Shown: one piece after another, positions 20,369 through 30,564 of the stretch | How positions within the stretch are numbered: position 1 is the first letter of the stretch | Layout of the letters: every line of letters starts with the position of its first letter | Source: Microcystaceae cyanobacterium | GTDB lineage: Bacteria; Cyanobacteriota; Cyanobacteriia; Cyanobacteriales; Microcystaceae | DNA: 64,000 nucleotides | Reading direction: 5' to 3' | NCBI GenBank assembly: GCA_041746575.1 | Contig: JBGTGT010000123.1 | Coordinates: 32,001 to 96,000, forward strand | Position numbers and translations under genes: made by a program | Notes under the pieces: model-generated | What the model saw: the letters and a program-made list of their open reading frames with translations, nothing else | Databases searched by the model: none | What the model was told of the DNA's origin: nothing

Positions 20369-21766
20369 ATGAAAGTTACCCAGGAAAAGCTCCCTGACAG
20401 TCAAATTAGTTTAGAAATTGAAATTCCGGCAGAAGTGTCAAAAAATACCTACGAAAAAGTGGTCAGCAATTTTGCTCGCTCCGCTAATATCCCCGGATTT
20501 CGTAAAGGGAAAGTCCCACGCCCCATTTTGTTACAACGTCTGGGAACAAAGAATATTAAAGCCGCAACCTTAGAAGAATTACTGCAAAAAAGCATAGAAG
20601 ACGCCATTAAACAAGAAGCGATAGAAACCCTCGGCAATTATCAACTTCGCTCCAATTTTGAAGAACTGCTTCAATCCTTCAACCCCGGAGAAGCATTTAC
20701 TTTTTCTGCCTCTGTGGATATTCCTCCCACCGTAGAACTAGGGGATTATCAAAGTTTAAGTGTTAAAGCAGAAGAAATCGCCTATAATCCCCAAAAAGTG
20801 GAAGATGCCCTCAAAGAACATCAAGAACAGCAAGCAACGCTGATCCCCGTTGAAAATCGAGGCACAGAGATGGGAGACGTCGTTATTATTGACTATCAAG
20901 CCCGTTATGCCAAAGACGAAGCGAGTGAAGGGATTGAAGGCGTTCAGGGGACAGACTTTAAAGTGGAAATGGAAGAAGGTCGCCTCATTGAGGGAATGAT
21001 AGAGGGAATGGTTGGGATGAAAGCCGATGAAACCAAAGAAATTGCCGTTACTTTCCCTGAAGATTACCCCCAAGAAAATTTAGCGGGGGAAGCCGTGATT
21101 TTTACCGTGACGCTCAAAGAAGTCAAAGCCAAAGAGCTGCCGGAATTGGATGATGAATTTGCCGAAGAAGTCAGTGAATTTGAAACAATAGCAGAGTTAA
21201 GAGAATCTTTAGAAAATCAATTTAAAGAACAAGCCGAAAATACTACCAAAAATAGTATTAATGGTGCAATCATTCAAGAATTAGTTAAGATTAGCACCTT
21301 TGATATTCCTGAGACCTTAGTTCAAGAAGAGGTAACGCAGGTGTTAATGCAATCTGCCACCCAACTCGAGCGGATGGGAGTGGATGTTCGGTCTTTCTTT
21401 ACCCAAGACAATCTACCTATGATGCGGGATAATGCTCGTCCTGAAGCAACAGAACGACTGAAGCAGAGTTTGGCCATCGAAAAATTGGCCGAGGTCGAAG
21501 GATTAGAACTCGACGAAGCGACTATCACCGAACGGAGTAAAGAACTTCGGGAGCAACTACAGGGACAGCAGATTGACGAAGAAAAGTTCAAAGAAGTTGT
21601 GATTAATGAGTTAAAAGTCGAAAAAACGCTGGATTGGTTGCGAGAAAAGGTTAAAGTGGAACTTGTCCCCGAAGGAACATTGAGCGAAGATAGCGAAACC
21701 ATCGCGCAGGAAGATACGGAGGACGTAACGGACGTAGAAGCCGTAGTAGTTACTGAAGAAGAATAA
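20369..21766 (+). CDS. tig: Trigger factor
   Basis: IPGFRKGKVP ribosome-binding motif and FKBP domain (TFPEDY); ATG at 20369. Confidence 0.96.
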   Translation: MKVTQEKLPDSQISLEIEIPAEVSKNTYEKVVSNFARSANIPGFRKGKVPRPILLQRLGTKNIKAATLEELLQKSIEDAIKQEAIETLGNYQLRSNFEELLQSFNPGEAFTFSASVDIPPTVELGDYQSLSVKAEEIAYNPQKVEDALKEHQEQQATLIPVENRGTEMGDVVIIDYQARYAKDEASEGIEGVQGTDFKVEMEEGRLIEGMIEGMVGMKADETKEIAVTFPEDYPQENLAGEAVIFTVTLKEVKAKELPELDDEFAEEVSEFETIAELRESLENQFKEQAENTTKNSINGAIIQELVKISTFDIPETLVQEEVTQVLMQSATQLERMGVDVRSFFTQDNLPMMRDNARPEATERLKQSLAIEKLAEVEGLELDEATITERSKELREQLQGQQIDEEKFKEVVINELKVEKTLDWLREKVKVELVPEGTLSEDSETIAQEDTEDVTDVEAVVVTEEE

Positions 21767-21798
21767 CAAGACTCTATCCCGATCCAAACCCTTAGAAA

Positions 21799-21832
21799 GC
21801 CCTCTACACTATGATAGGAGGGCGATTTTTTG
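21799..21832 (+). terminator. Probable tig terminator
   Basis: GCCCTC(T)...(AG)GAGGGC stem followed by GATTTTTT. Confidence 0.45.
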
Positions 21833-22091
21833 CCTTTTTTTCTGGAAGGAGGTATCCTGGACAGGGTACGCCGTAGCGGAAGGTTTTGGCAGGATACAAG
21901 CAACTATTACGGAGAAATACGCAAGACTTAAAAAAGAATCAAGAAAAGTTAGGGGATTTTACTTGACTTTTAGGTTTTTTTACAGTTAGATATGAGATGT
22001 AATTTTTGCTTAAAAGGCCTTAAGGTGATCTCACTAAGAGATCTCTCAAAAACCCTAAAAAACGCAAACTCTCTAGGAATCGTACTATCCG

Positions 22092-22784
22092 ATGAAATTT
22101 CCTTTAAAAACCTTAGCTGTGGTTGCTTCTGGCTCTGTTGCCGCTTTTGCGGTTGCCGGTAATGCTTCTGCGGCGATTTTGACCGAATCCTTCTCCGCTA
22201 CCGTTCCCCTGCAAAACACTAACTTTAATACAAGTGTTGCTCTATCCCATTTTGACCCTAGTTTGGGAACCTTGCAAATGGTAACCATTGGCTTAGCAGG
22301 CGTAGTACAAGGGAATGCTTCGGCAGAAAGTCTTGATGCCTCTCCTGCCACCGTTAACTTGAACCTAGGCGCATCAATTACGGCAACTGGCCCCGTTGCT
22401 TTATCAGTAAACGTTACGCCCGTCAATATGCAGGTCTTCAATGCGTCTGCTTTCGATGGAGTAATTGATTTTGCTGGAACCTCTGGTATCGCTTTCACTA
22501 ACGTTACCGGTTCTGATACGGATTCTTCTATGTTGACAGCTCCTCCGGCTGATTTATCTCCCTATATTGGCTTAGGAAACGTTATTATCGGCATTGGTGC
22601 TTTAGGAAACTCTTCCGGCAGTGGCGCCGGTAACCTGATTACCCAATTCCAAACCCAAGCGGGTGCAGAAGTGACCATCACCTATAAGTACGATACGGGT
22701 ACAACGTCAACCCCCGAACCGGCTACCCTTCTCGGCTTAATGGCCTTTGGTGCGGCAGGAATTGCCAGTCGTCGTAAAGGCTAA
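22092..22784 (+). CDS. PEP-CTERM surface protein (choice-of-anchor E-like domain)
   Basis: Signal peptide (ASA); FDPSLGTL and FDGVIDFAGTSG; C-terminal TPEP + TM + RRK. Confidence 0.88.
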   Translation: MKFPLKTLAVVASGSVAAFAVAGNASAAILTESFSATVPLQNTNFNTSVALSHFDPSLGTLQMVTIGLAGVVQGNASAESLDASPATVNLNLGASITATGPVALSVNVTPVNMQVFNASAFDGVIDFAGTSGIAFTNVTGSDTDSSMLTAPPADLSPYIGLGNVIIGIGALGNSSGSGAGNLITQFQTQAGAEVTITYKYDTGTTSTPEPATLLGLMAFGAAGIASRRKG

Positions 22785-22821
22785 AACAGCAGTCTGTCGA
22801 AAGTATAAGTAAGATGTATGA

Positions 22822-22856
22822 AGTGCGTTTCCTGTATAAGGCGCACTGTTTTTATT
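22822..22856 (+). terminator. Terminator between the PEP-CTERM gene and ppc
   Basis: AGTGCG...CGCACT stem followed by GTTTTTATTTT. Confidence 0.5.
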
Positions 22857-22894
22857 TTTAGAGGATGATGGAGTAACAAAAACCAACCATCGCA

Positions 22895-25800
22895 TCAACC
22901 GGTATTTCGCATCCCGGCGGCAATGCCATTAATCGTTAATAAAGCTCCTCGCAATAGCTCGTCTTTAGAATAACGATAATGAACGACCCCAGACTGGGAT
23001 TGCTGATAATATTGACGTAATCGAGTCAATAAGGAAACTTGTAGGAAGCCTAACGGTACAATTGTTCCATTGCGAAGTTGTACCGAACGCTGGAGGGGTA
23101 AATCCCCATCTAACAGCCGTTGATGTTCGGTAATCAAGAGAACCATCTGACACGTGCGACGGTACTCCTCAGAAATGCGTTGAAAGAGTCGGTCAAAGCG
23201 TTCCTTATCATTCGGATGGGATAACTCCTTGACATAATGATGAGCCATCTGTAGATCCACCTTAGAAAGGGTCATTTCCACTTTAGAAATCACCATGCGG
23301 AAAAAAGGCCATTTGACATAAAAATACTGCAATAGGGTTAAATTTTCATCGGGGTCACTGGTTAAAAAGGTTTCCAAGGCTGTACCCACCCCATACCATG
23401 CCGGAAGCAGAAAACGACTTTGCGTCCAACTAAATACCCAAGGAATAGCGCGCAGAGTACTTAAATCCTTTTTGCCACTCTTACGTCGTGCTGGACGCGA
23501 ACTGATTTGTAACTCACTAATTTCGGGAATGGGGGTACAAGAAAGGAAAAAATCCAGAAAATCTGGCTGTTCATAGACCAAACTGCGATACGCTTGTCGT
23601 GCCTTGGTAGCCAACTCTTCCATCGTGTCATTCCACGGTTCGATGTCATCAAAGCCACTGCCTAGCAAACTGGACTGAATGACGGCGGTGGCAATATTTT
23701 CTAAGTTATATAACGCTAATTCAGGTAGAGAGTATTTAGAAGCCAATACTTCCCCCTGTTCAGTAATTTTAATCCGTCCATTAATCGTTCCTGTTGGTTG
23801 TGCCATGATGGCCGCATAGGTCGGACCTCCTCCCCGTCCGACTGAGCCACCCCGTCCGTGAAAGAGTCTGAGGTCGATATCGTAAGCTTTAGCTACTTTT
23901 TGTAGAGCTTTTTGGGCTTTATGAATTTCCCAGTTACTACTTAAAAAACCCGAATCTTTGTTACTATCCGAGTACCCCACCATAATTTCTTGCAAATTAA
24001 GCGGTTCAAGTCCTTGCTCGACGATTTTTTGGGGTGCGTCGTGACCCCCCGCTAAGGCACTGCGATAAAGGGGTAAATCGAATAAGCTTTTCATGATGGC
24101 CGGCGCCCTTTTGAGGTCATCTACTGTCTCAAAAAGAGGGGCTATGCGAATCGTCATGGCGTTGGTGGCGGGGTCGTACAGTCCTGCCTCTTGCGCTAGT
24201 AACATCACCTCTAGTACGTCACTGGCCTCATTGGTCATGCTGATAATGTAGGTTTGACAGATTTCTAGACCGAATTCCAGTTGTAATTGACGCAATACCC
24301 TTAAGGTTTCGATGGTTTCAGTTGTTTTAGGGCTAAAGGGAATCTCATGGGGAATAAGAGGGCGACGGGTGCTTAATTCCGCCACTAGCCAGTCAATTTT
24401 TTCCGGTTCTGAGAGGTCTGTGTAGGGGCAGGGTAGAAGTCCTAAATAATCCGCAATTTCAGCAATCGCATCGGCATGAACGGTAGATTCTTGACGAAAA
24501 TCTAGCTGAGTGAGATTGAAGCCGTAAATTTCTACTTGACAAATTAAATTATCTAGTTCTAAGCAACTTAAGCCTGTCTCTGCAAGGGTTGTCCGAATTA
24601 AGGCCAATTCCGACCAAAATTCAATGCCTGAGCAATAACTATGACGGGGATTCATCCGAGTCGCCAGTTGCCGTTCTTCGGGATTTGCTAATAAATTATT
24701 GCGCCTTTTAGTATTTTCAAGGCGTTTCTCAATATACGCCAATTTAAGACGATAAGGCTCTTGACGGTAACGAATCGCTAACTCATCGTAGATGTGGGGC
24801 ATTTCCATTTTGTCCCGTTCTAAGGAGTCGAGTAAACTCTGGGAAACATGACTCCAATGAAGAGAAGGACTGAGAACCTCAGCAAGGTCTTTAATGGCGT
24901 GTAAATATTTTCGTAAGACCATTTCCCGTTGATAACAGGCAGTTTTCCATGTCACCTCTGGGGTGACAAAAGGATTGCCATCGCGATCGCCCCCCACCCA
25001 AGAACCAAAGCGACAAAAATTGGCTTTTGGCGGTCGTAAACGGGGAAAATAGCACTGTAAAGCTTGGGAAAGGCGTTTAGAAAGTTCGGGAATCGCATCA
25101 AATAGGACTTCGTCGAAATAGTGTAGGGCATAGTCCACTTCGTCTAAAACAGTGGGTTTGAACTGATGAAGTTCATCGGTGCGCCACCAAAGGCGAATTT
25201 CTTCCATTAGTTGCGCTTGAGCCGTTTCTGCTTCCCAAGAGGTGGTCAATCCCATCCCTCGAAACGCTTCTTCAGCCTGGTCTAAACAGCGTAAAATTCC
25301 AGCGATACGGCGTTGTTTGCGTCGGATGGTATGACGAACAATTTCTGTAGGATGGGCTGTAAAAACGAGGCGAATATCTAGATGATTGAGTAACCGTTGA
25401 ACTTGTTGAGGCGGAACGTTTAATTGCTTTAATTGTAAGAACAACCAGTGAAATGTGCCATTTTTTTGTGTATTTTCCCCTTCTTCAAGGCTTTTCTCTA
25501 ACATGTTGATGCCAAAAACCAGAGGAGAAATAGATTTTTGGGCTTTTTGACGTGTCTCTGCTTCTTTTTCTTTCTCTTCTTTCATTTCTTGATAATTTGC
25601 CCGTCGAGCCAGTTGCTGATCTCGTTGTTCGTAGTGTTGCTCTACAATATTAATTAATTGGAAATAGAGGGCAAAGGCTCTGGCCGCTCGAATCGCTTCA
25701 TTAAGTTCAAGGGTTTCAATCACTTCAGAAATAGATAAGTCTAAGTCGGCGGCTGTTTGACCTTCTGGGGAACACATTGCCCGTAGTTGATTAAGCAAAT

Positions 25801-25939
25801 CCACTAAATCCTGACCACACTCGGAATGCAAAACGGATTCCCAGAGATTTTCTACCAATTTCAAGCGATGTTGCAGGAGAAGTGTTGAGGTAGTGAAGAT
25901 ATTGGTATTCGTTAGGGAAGATTGAAGTAGCGAACTCAT
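22895..25939 (-). CDS. ppc: Phosphoenolpyruvate carboxylase
   Basis: [45 protein letters not shown] and C-terminal RNTG. Confidence 0.98.
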   Translation of the reverse strand: MSSLLQSSLTNTNIFTTSTLLLQHRLKLVENLWESVLHSECGQDLVDLLNQLRAMCSPEGQTAADLDLSISEVIETLELNEAIRAARAFALYFQLINIVEQHYEQRDQQLARRANYQEMKEEKEKEAETRQKAQKSISPLVFGINMLEKSLEEGENTQKNGTFHWLFLQLKQLNVPPQQVQRLLNHLDIRLVFTAHPTEIVRHTIRRKQRRIAGILRCLDQAEEAFRGMGLTTSWEAETAQAQLMEEIRLWWRTDELHQFKPTVLDEVDYALHYFDEVLFDAIPELSKRLSQALQCYFPRLRPPKANFCRFGSWVGGDRDGNPFVTPEVTWKTACYQREMVLRKYLHAIKDLAEVLSPSLHWSHVSQSLLDSLERDKMEMPHIYDELAIRYRQEPYRLKLAYIEKRLENTKRRNNLLANPEERQLATRMNPRHSYCSGIEFWSELALIRTTLAETGLSCLELDNLICQVEIYGFNLTQLDFRQESTVHADAIAEIADYLGLLPCPYTDLSEPEKIDWLVAELSTRRPLIPHEIPFSPKTTETIETLRVLRQLQLEFGLEICQTYIISMTNEASDVLEVMLLAQEAGLYDPATNAMTIRIAPLFETVDDLKRAPAIMKSLFDLPLYRSALAGGHDAPQKIVEQGLEPLNLQEIMVGYSDSNKDSGFLSSNWEIHKAQKALQKVAKAYDIDLRLFHGRGGSVGRGGGPTYAAIMAQPTGTINGRIKITEQGEVLASKYSLPELALYNLENIATAVIQSSLLGSGFDDIEPWNDTMEELATKARQAYRSLVYEQPDFLDFFLSCTPIPEISELQISSRPARRKSGKKDLSTLRAIPWVFSWTQSRFLLPAWYGVGTALETFLTSDPDENLTLLQYFYVKWPFFRMVISKVEMTLSKVDLQMAHHYVKELSHPNDKERFDRLFQRISEEYRRTCQMVLLITEHQRLLDGDLPLQRSVQLRNGTIVPLGFLQVSLLTRLRQYYQQSQSGVVHYRYSKDELLRGALLTINGIAAGMRNTG

Positions 25940-26206
25940 GGGAACCTCTAAAAGCGTACCTTAGTGAATAACATAGCGATTAGCTTGACCACTCAATGAT
26001 ATCAGCGATCGTCAAAGATGCGAGAAAAATGGCGGATTGATCCCCTATTTTCTGGGTAATTCCTTAAAAAATGGGCTATTGTGATTTCACAAGCTATCCA
26101 TTGTAGCTTGTATTTTTGATCAAAAAAGTGACGGATTGTACTGAAATCCTACGGTCTAATGGGTTCAAAAACGGAGATCCCTTTGTCTTTTGACAACCGC
26201 ACCGAA

Positions 26207-26416
26207 TCATGAGTCGGTAAAAACGTCCTTTTCATCGGACAGTGCCTCATTTGGCACATTCAGAAGAGGTAAACGTTCTCCCCGAAAGATCTCTTCGCTC
26301 ATTTCACCTATTTGACTCAATCCCTGCTCAATTCCCCGAATAACGGCTATACCAACTAAGAAAGGAGGTGTGAGTAGGCTCAACAAGATTTTGCTATCAA
26401 TTTCAAGGTTATTCAT
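26207..26416 (-). CDS. Small conserved cyanobacterial hypothetical protein
   Basis: 69 aa from ATG at 26416; hydrophobic helix and SEEIFRGERLPLL motif. Confidence 0.7.
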   Translation of the reverse strand: MNNLEIDSKILLSLLTPPFLVGIAVIRGIEQGLSQIGEMSEEIFRGERLPLLNVPNEALSDEKDVFTDS

Positions 26417-26691
26417 TGTTAAAGTCCAAAAAAGAGAAAGAGGCTGATGGGTATCATTATAAATTATTTGACCTATTAAAGTCATCAAAGCGAGTCATAG
26501 TAAAGGTTTTCACCCTTCATTTTGCCTTTTTTAGACTGCACTCAGCGATATCTTCGAGAAATTCATTTATTTTTTTTCAGGAAAATTTCCCTTAGGTGGC
26601 GTTGATTAGATTAAGAACAATGGCAGTGAATTTAAACATTGCTTCTCATGTAAAGCTCGATTTAGTTAACCCTCACCTCTTGCAAAAGCTT

Positions 26692-27792
26692 ATGATTGTT
26701 ATCATTAAACCAGCAACACCGCAAATCGAAATCCAAAGAATTAGTCATGAAGTTGCCAATTTCAATGTCAAAGTTGAAAAAACTGAAGGTAACCAAAAAA
26801 TAATTCTAGGCTTAATTGGAGAGACATCTACCCTTGATTTACGCCAAATTCAACAAATTAGTCCTTACATTGAAAAAGTGATTCGTATTGAAAAACCTTT
26901 TAAACGAGTCAGTCGCGAATTTCGCAATGGACAAGCGTCTGCTGTCACGGTTTCCACGCCCAATGGTATTGTAACCTTCGGTGAAGCCTTTCCCCTTGTT
27001 CATATTGCTGGCCCTTGTTCGGTAGAAAGTGAAGAGATGATTGTGGCGATCGCAAAACAATTAAAGGCTACTGGGGCGAAATTTCTTAGAGGAGGAGCCT
27101 ATAAACCTCGTACCTCTCCCTACGCTTTCCAGGGTCACGGAGAATCTGCTTTACACTGGCTAGCGACAGCACGCCAAGAAACAGGATTAGGCATCATTAC
27201 CGAAGTAATGGATGGAGACGAATTACCTCAAATCGCTGAAGTTGCCGATATTATCCAAATCGGCGCAAGAAATATGCAGAATTTCTCCCTCCTAAAGAAA
27301 GTAGGACGGCAAGATAAGCCCGTTCTCCTCAAACGAGGGTTATCCGCTACCATCGAAGATTGGTTAATGTCTGCCGAATACATCCTCGCCGAAGGAAATC
27401 CCAATGTAATTCTCTGTGAGCGAGGTATTCGTACCTTTGACCGCCAATACACTCGAAACACCTTAGATTTATCTGTTGTTCCCGTTTTACGAACTTTAAC
27501 CCATTTACCAATTACCCTCGACCCCAGTCATGGTACGGGTAAAGCTGAATACGTTCCTGCCATGGCCTTAGGAGCGATCGCAGTAGGTGCGGATTCCTTA
27601 ATGATTGAAGTGCATCCTAATCCGGCGCAAGCGTTATCTGATGGGCCCCAATCCTTAACGCCTCAAGCTTATGCCACATTAATGCAAAAAATGGTGACTT
27701 TAAGCGAAACTTTGGGACGGGATTCTCAGCATCCGTTAATCTCTGTTCCCCATCCTTTGCGTGAATCAGAGAAACTGCCAATTTGTGCTTGA
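26692..27792 (+). CDS. aroF: DAHP synthase, type I-beta, with N-terminal regulatory domain
   Basis: IAGPCSVES, LRGGAYKPRTSPYAFQG, QIGARNMQN, LKRG, CERG, DPSH, EVHP..ALSD; likely start ATG at 26692 (MIVIIK). Confidence 0.95.
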   Translation: MIVIIKPATPQIEIQRISHEVANFNVKVEKTEGNQKIILGLIGETSTLDLRQIQQISPYIEKVIRIEKPFKRVSREFRNGQASAVTVSTPNGIVTFGEAFPLVHIAGPCSVESEEMIVAIAKQLKATGAKFLRGGAYKPRTSPYAFQGHGESALHWLATARQETGLGIITEVMDGDELPQIAEVADIIQIGARNMQNFSLLKKVGRQDKPVLLKRGLSATIEDWLMSAEYILAEGNPNVILCERGIRTFDRQYTRNTLDLSVVPVLRTLTHLPITLDPSHGTGKAEYVPAMALGAIAVGADSLMIEVHPNPAQALSDGPQSLTPQAYATLMQKMVTLSETLGRDSQHPLISVPHPLRESEKLPICA

Positions 27793-27868
27793 GTCTCTCA
27801 TTTTATAGCTTGAACTGTGTCAACACTTATCTTTTCCGTCTTTTGTCAACCTTCCTTTGAACTAAACC

Positions 27869-29590
27869 ATGACGATTCCTTCTAAATCCCAATCCCAAAA
27901 CCTCAGCTTTGTGGGTCAATTTATCCCTCATGCTACTACCGAATCCGTTATCATGATTGGCGATAACCCTCTCACCATTGACGACGTGGTTAAAGTCTCC
28001 CGTCAAAATATCCCCGTTCTCATTAGTCACCAAGAGAAGGTGTTACAAGGGGTTCAAGCCTCCTGTGATTGGGTCGCTGAAGCAGTGGCTTCTGGTGAAC
28101 CCATTTATGGTATTACGAGTGGTTTCGGCGGCATGGCAAATGTGGTCATTAAACCCGAATTAGCGAAAGAATTGCAGAATAATCTGATGCGCTATCATAA
28201 GGTAGGAGCAGGAAAACCCTTGCCTTTGGCAGATATTCGGGCAGGAATGCTCTTGAGAGCGAATTCTCATCTTTATGGTGCGTCTGGTATTCGTTTAGAA
28301 CTGATTCAACGCATTGAAACTTTTCTCAATGCAGGCGTTACTCCCCACGTTCCCGAATTTGGCTCAATTGGCGCAAGTGGCGACTTGACCCCCTTAGCTT
28401 ACATTTGCGGCTCATTAGTAGGGTTGAATGACTATTATACGGTGGATTTTCAAGGGGAAACCTTAACAGCCCCCCAAGCACTAGAACGCCTAGGATTACC
28501 GACACTGGAATTACTGCCCAAAGAAGGTCTGGCCATGATGAATGGTACATCAGTAATGACGGGAATTGCGGCAAATTGCGCTTATGACGCTCAAATTCTC
28601 TTAGGATTATCTTTGGCATCTCACGCTCTTGCTCTACAAGGGTTAAACGGCACCAATCAATCTTTTCATCCTTTTATTCATCAGTGTAAACCCCATCCCG
28701 GTCAGGCGTGGTCTGCTCAACAAATGCTCAACTTAATTACGGATTCTCGCTTAATTCGCAATGAATTGGATGGATCTCACGATTATCGCGGGGAACAACC
28801 CATCCAAGATCGCTATTCTCTCCGTTGTCTTCCCCAATACACGGGGCCAATTGTGGAGAGTATTGCCGATATTATGCGCCAAATTGAGGTAGAAATTAAC
28901 TCAGTCACCGATAATCCGTTAATTGATGTGGCTAATCATGCCAGTTATCACGGGGGCAATTTCTTAGGGCAGTATATTGGGACAACGATGGATCAATTGC
29001 GCCACTGTTTAGGATTACTGGCAAAACATCTTGATGTGCAGATTGCCCTGTTAGCGATGCCAGAATTTAATAATGGTTTATCGGCTTCTTTGGTCGGTAA
29101 TACGGAGCGTCCTGTCAATATGGGTCTTAAAGGGCTACAGATTACAGGTAACTCGATTATGCCCTTGTTGACCTTTTACGGCAACTCTTTGGTTGATCGC
29201 TTTCCCACCCATGCTGAACAATTTAATCAGAATATCAACAGTCAAGGGTTTGGTTCTGCTAATTTAACCCGTCGTTCAATCGAAATTTTCCAGCAATACA
29301 TCGCCATTGCTTTGATGTTCGGTGTACAGTCAGTGGATTTACGAACGAAGAAAATCGCTAATCATTATGATGCGACTCAATGTCTATCTCCTGCCACTTT
29401 ACCCTTGTATTTAGCCGTTAAAGATGTAGTGGATAAAACCCCTTGTGCGCAACGTCCCTACATCTGGAACGACAACGAACAGGCATTAGACGAACATATT
29501 GCCCGAATTTCGCAAGATATCGCCACAGGAGGTCAAATTGTGCAAGCGATTCGCCAAATGATTCCCAGTCTCAAAGATAGTTTGAATTAA
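27869..29590 (+). CDS. MIO-dependent aromatic amino acid ammonia-lyase, cyanobacterial PAL clade, predicted tyrosine ammonia-lyase
   Basis: GSIGASGDL (MIO-forming A169-S170-G171), IYGITSGFG catalytic Tyr, QDRYSLRC, AEQFNQNINSQG; selectivity pair Y109-H110. Family call is firm; substrate is inferred. Confidence 0.92.
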   Translation: MTIPSKSQSQNLSFVGQFIPHATTESVIMIGDNPLTIDDVVKVSRQNIPVLISHQEKVLQGVQASCDWVAEAVASGEPIYGITSGFGGMANVVIKPELAKELQNNLMRYHKVGAGKPLPLADIRAGMLLRANSHLYGASGIRLELIQRIETFLNAGVTPHVPEFGSIGASGDLTPLAYICGSLVGLNDYYTVDFQGETLTAPQALERLGLPTLELLPKEGLAMMNGTSVMTGIAANCAYDAQILLGLSLASHALALQGLNGTNQSFHPFIHQCKPHPGQAWSAQQMLNLITDSRLIRNELDGSHDYRGEQPIQDRYSLRCLPQYTGPIVESIADIMRQIEVEINSVTDNPLIDVANHASYHGGNFLGQYIGTTMDQLRHCLGLLAKHLDVQIALLAMPEFNNGLSASLVGNTERPVNMGLKGLQITGNSIMPLLTFYGNSLVDRFPTHAEQFNQNINSQGFGSANLTRRSIEIFQQYIAIALMFGVQSVDLRTKKIANHYDATQCLSPATLPLYLAVKDVVDKTPCAQRPYIWNDNEQALDEHIARISQDIATGGQIVQAIRQMIPSLKDSLN

Positions 29591-29728
29591 GGAAGGTGTG
29601 AGGGATAAGGTACGAGGGGTTAATGCGGCATCGTTCTATATTTTCTTAATCCTCTCGTCTTCCTTGCTCAAAATTTCTGAATTCCACCATCAATCTACTG
29701 TATCCTTTGTCAACCTTAACCCCCTTAT

Positions 29729-30253
29729 ATGATGATGACACTCAACTCAACGAATCGCACCCCCAATGAATTAATCGGTAAACATCTCGTTTATACCTAC
29801 GATAATGGCTGGCAATACGAAATTTATGTCAAGAATGCCCATACCTTTTGCTACCGTATCCATAGTGGCATTGTCGGCGGTCGTTGGGTTACTGATCAAT
29901 CAGCCGATATTGTGCAAATTGCTGACTATGTTTTCAAAATCTCTTGGGATGAACCGACAGGAACGGTCGTTTGCGTCACTGTTAATCTAGAACGCCGAGA
30001 GATTCATGGAGCGATCTTTTTACCCCAATGGATTGAACAAAATCCCCAAAAAACCGTTTGCTATCAAAATGAGCATCTGGCGCAAATGTATCATTATCGA
30101 GATACAGGAGCTACTTATCCGAAAATGGTCGTTTGTGAGTTTGCCACGATTACTTTTATGGAAGATTGTGGCGCAGACCGAGATGATGTGATTAATTGTC
30201 ATCCTAGTGAATTACCGTCCCATTTTCCCTATCTAGATCGCCTTGCTTCTTGA
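29729..30253 (+). CDS. padC: Phenolic acid (p-coumarate) decarboxylase, cofactor-free PAD family
   Basis: IGKHLVYTYDNGWQYEIYVKN, YRIHSGIVGGRWV, SWDEPTGT, TVCYQNEH, TYPK..V.EFA. Y22, Y24, R52 and E75 align with B. subtilis PadC Y11, Y13, R41 and E64. Confidence 0.93.
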   Translation: MMMTLNSTNRTPNELIGKHLVYTYDNGWQYEIYVKNAHTFCYRIHSGIVGGRWVTDQSADIVQIADYVFKISWDEPTGTVVCVTVNLERREIHGAIFLPQWIEQNPQKTVCYQNEHLAQMYHYRDTGATYPKMVVCEFATITFMEDCGADRDDVINCHPSELPSHFPYLDRLAS

Positions 30254-30564
30254 ATCTTGTTTTTTGGGAAAGAATCACTCATTCTCTATTGTTATTGAGA
30301 GACTACCCAAAAATCACTCTCTCAAAGTTTAAATTAACCTAAAAAATGTAAGGATTGATACGGAAAACCGATATTTTGTTAAGAATATCAAGCCCACGTT
30401 AATTGATTTTAATGTGCTTTACAAAGGTTAACACTTAATCATCTGTTGATGATATAAACGCAATTAATGCGGTTCAATGAACAGATTACTGGAATACTGA
30501 AAAACCAATTTCAATTATTTGCCCCATCTTCCCTTATTTATTCTCAAATTCAGGAGATTAAACC

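Noticed and set aside
21322..22498. 193-aa and 137-aa minus-strand ORFs
   Set aside because: Antisense shadows of tig and the PEP-CTERM gene; the same applies to the other short nested ORFs in the track.
26080..26091. TGTGATTTCACA palindrome upstream of ppc as a CRP site
   Set aside because: Half-site spacing is 2 nt rather than the 6 nt required.
27869..29590. Histidine ammonia-lyase (hutH) call
   Set aside because: Lacks the HAL Ser-His pair and the NQEDHVSM motif; no hut genes nearby.
29595..29670. Imperfect inverted repeat between the lyase and PAD genes as a terminator
   Set aside because: Large loop and no U-tract; at most an mRNA-stability element, so it does not argue against co-transcription.
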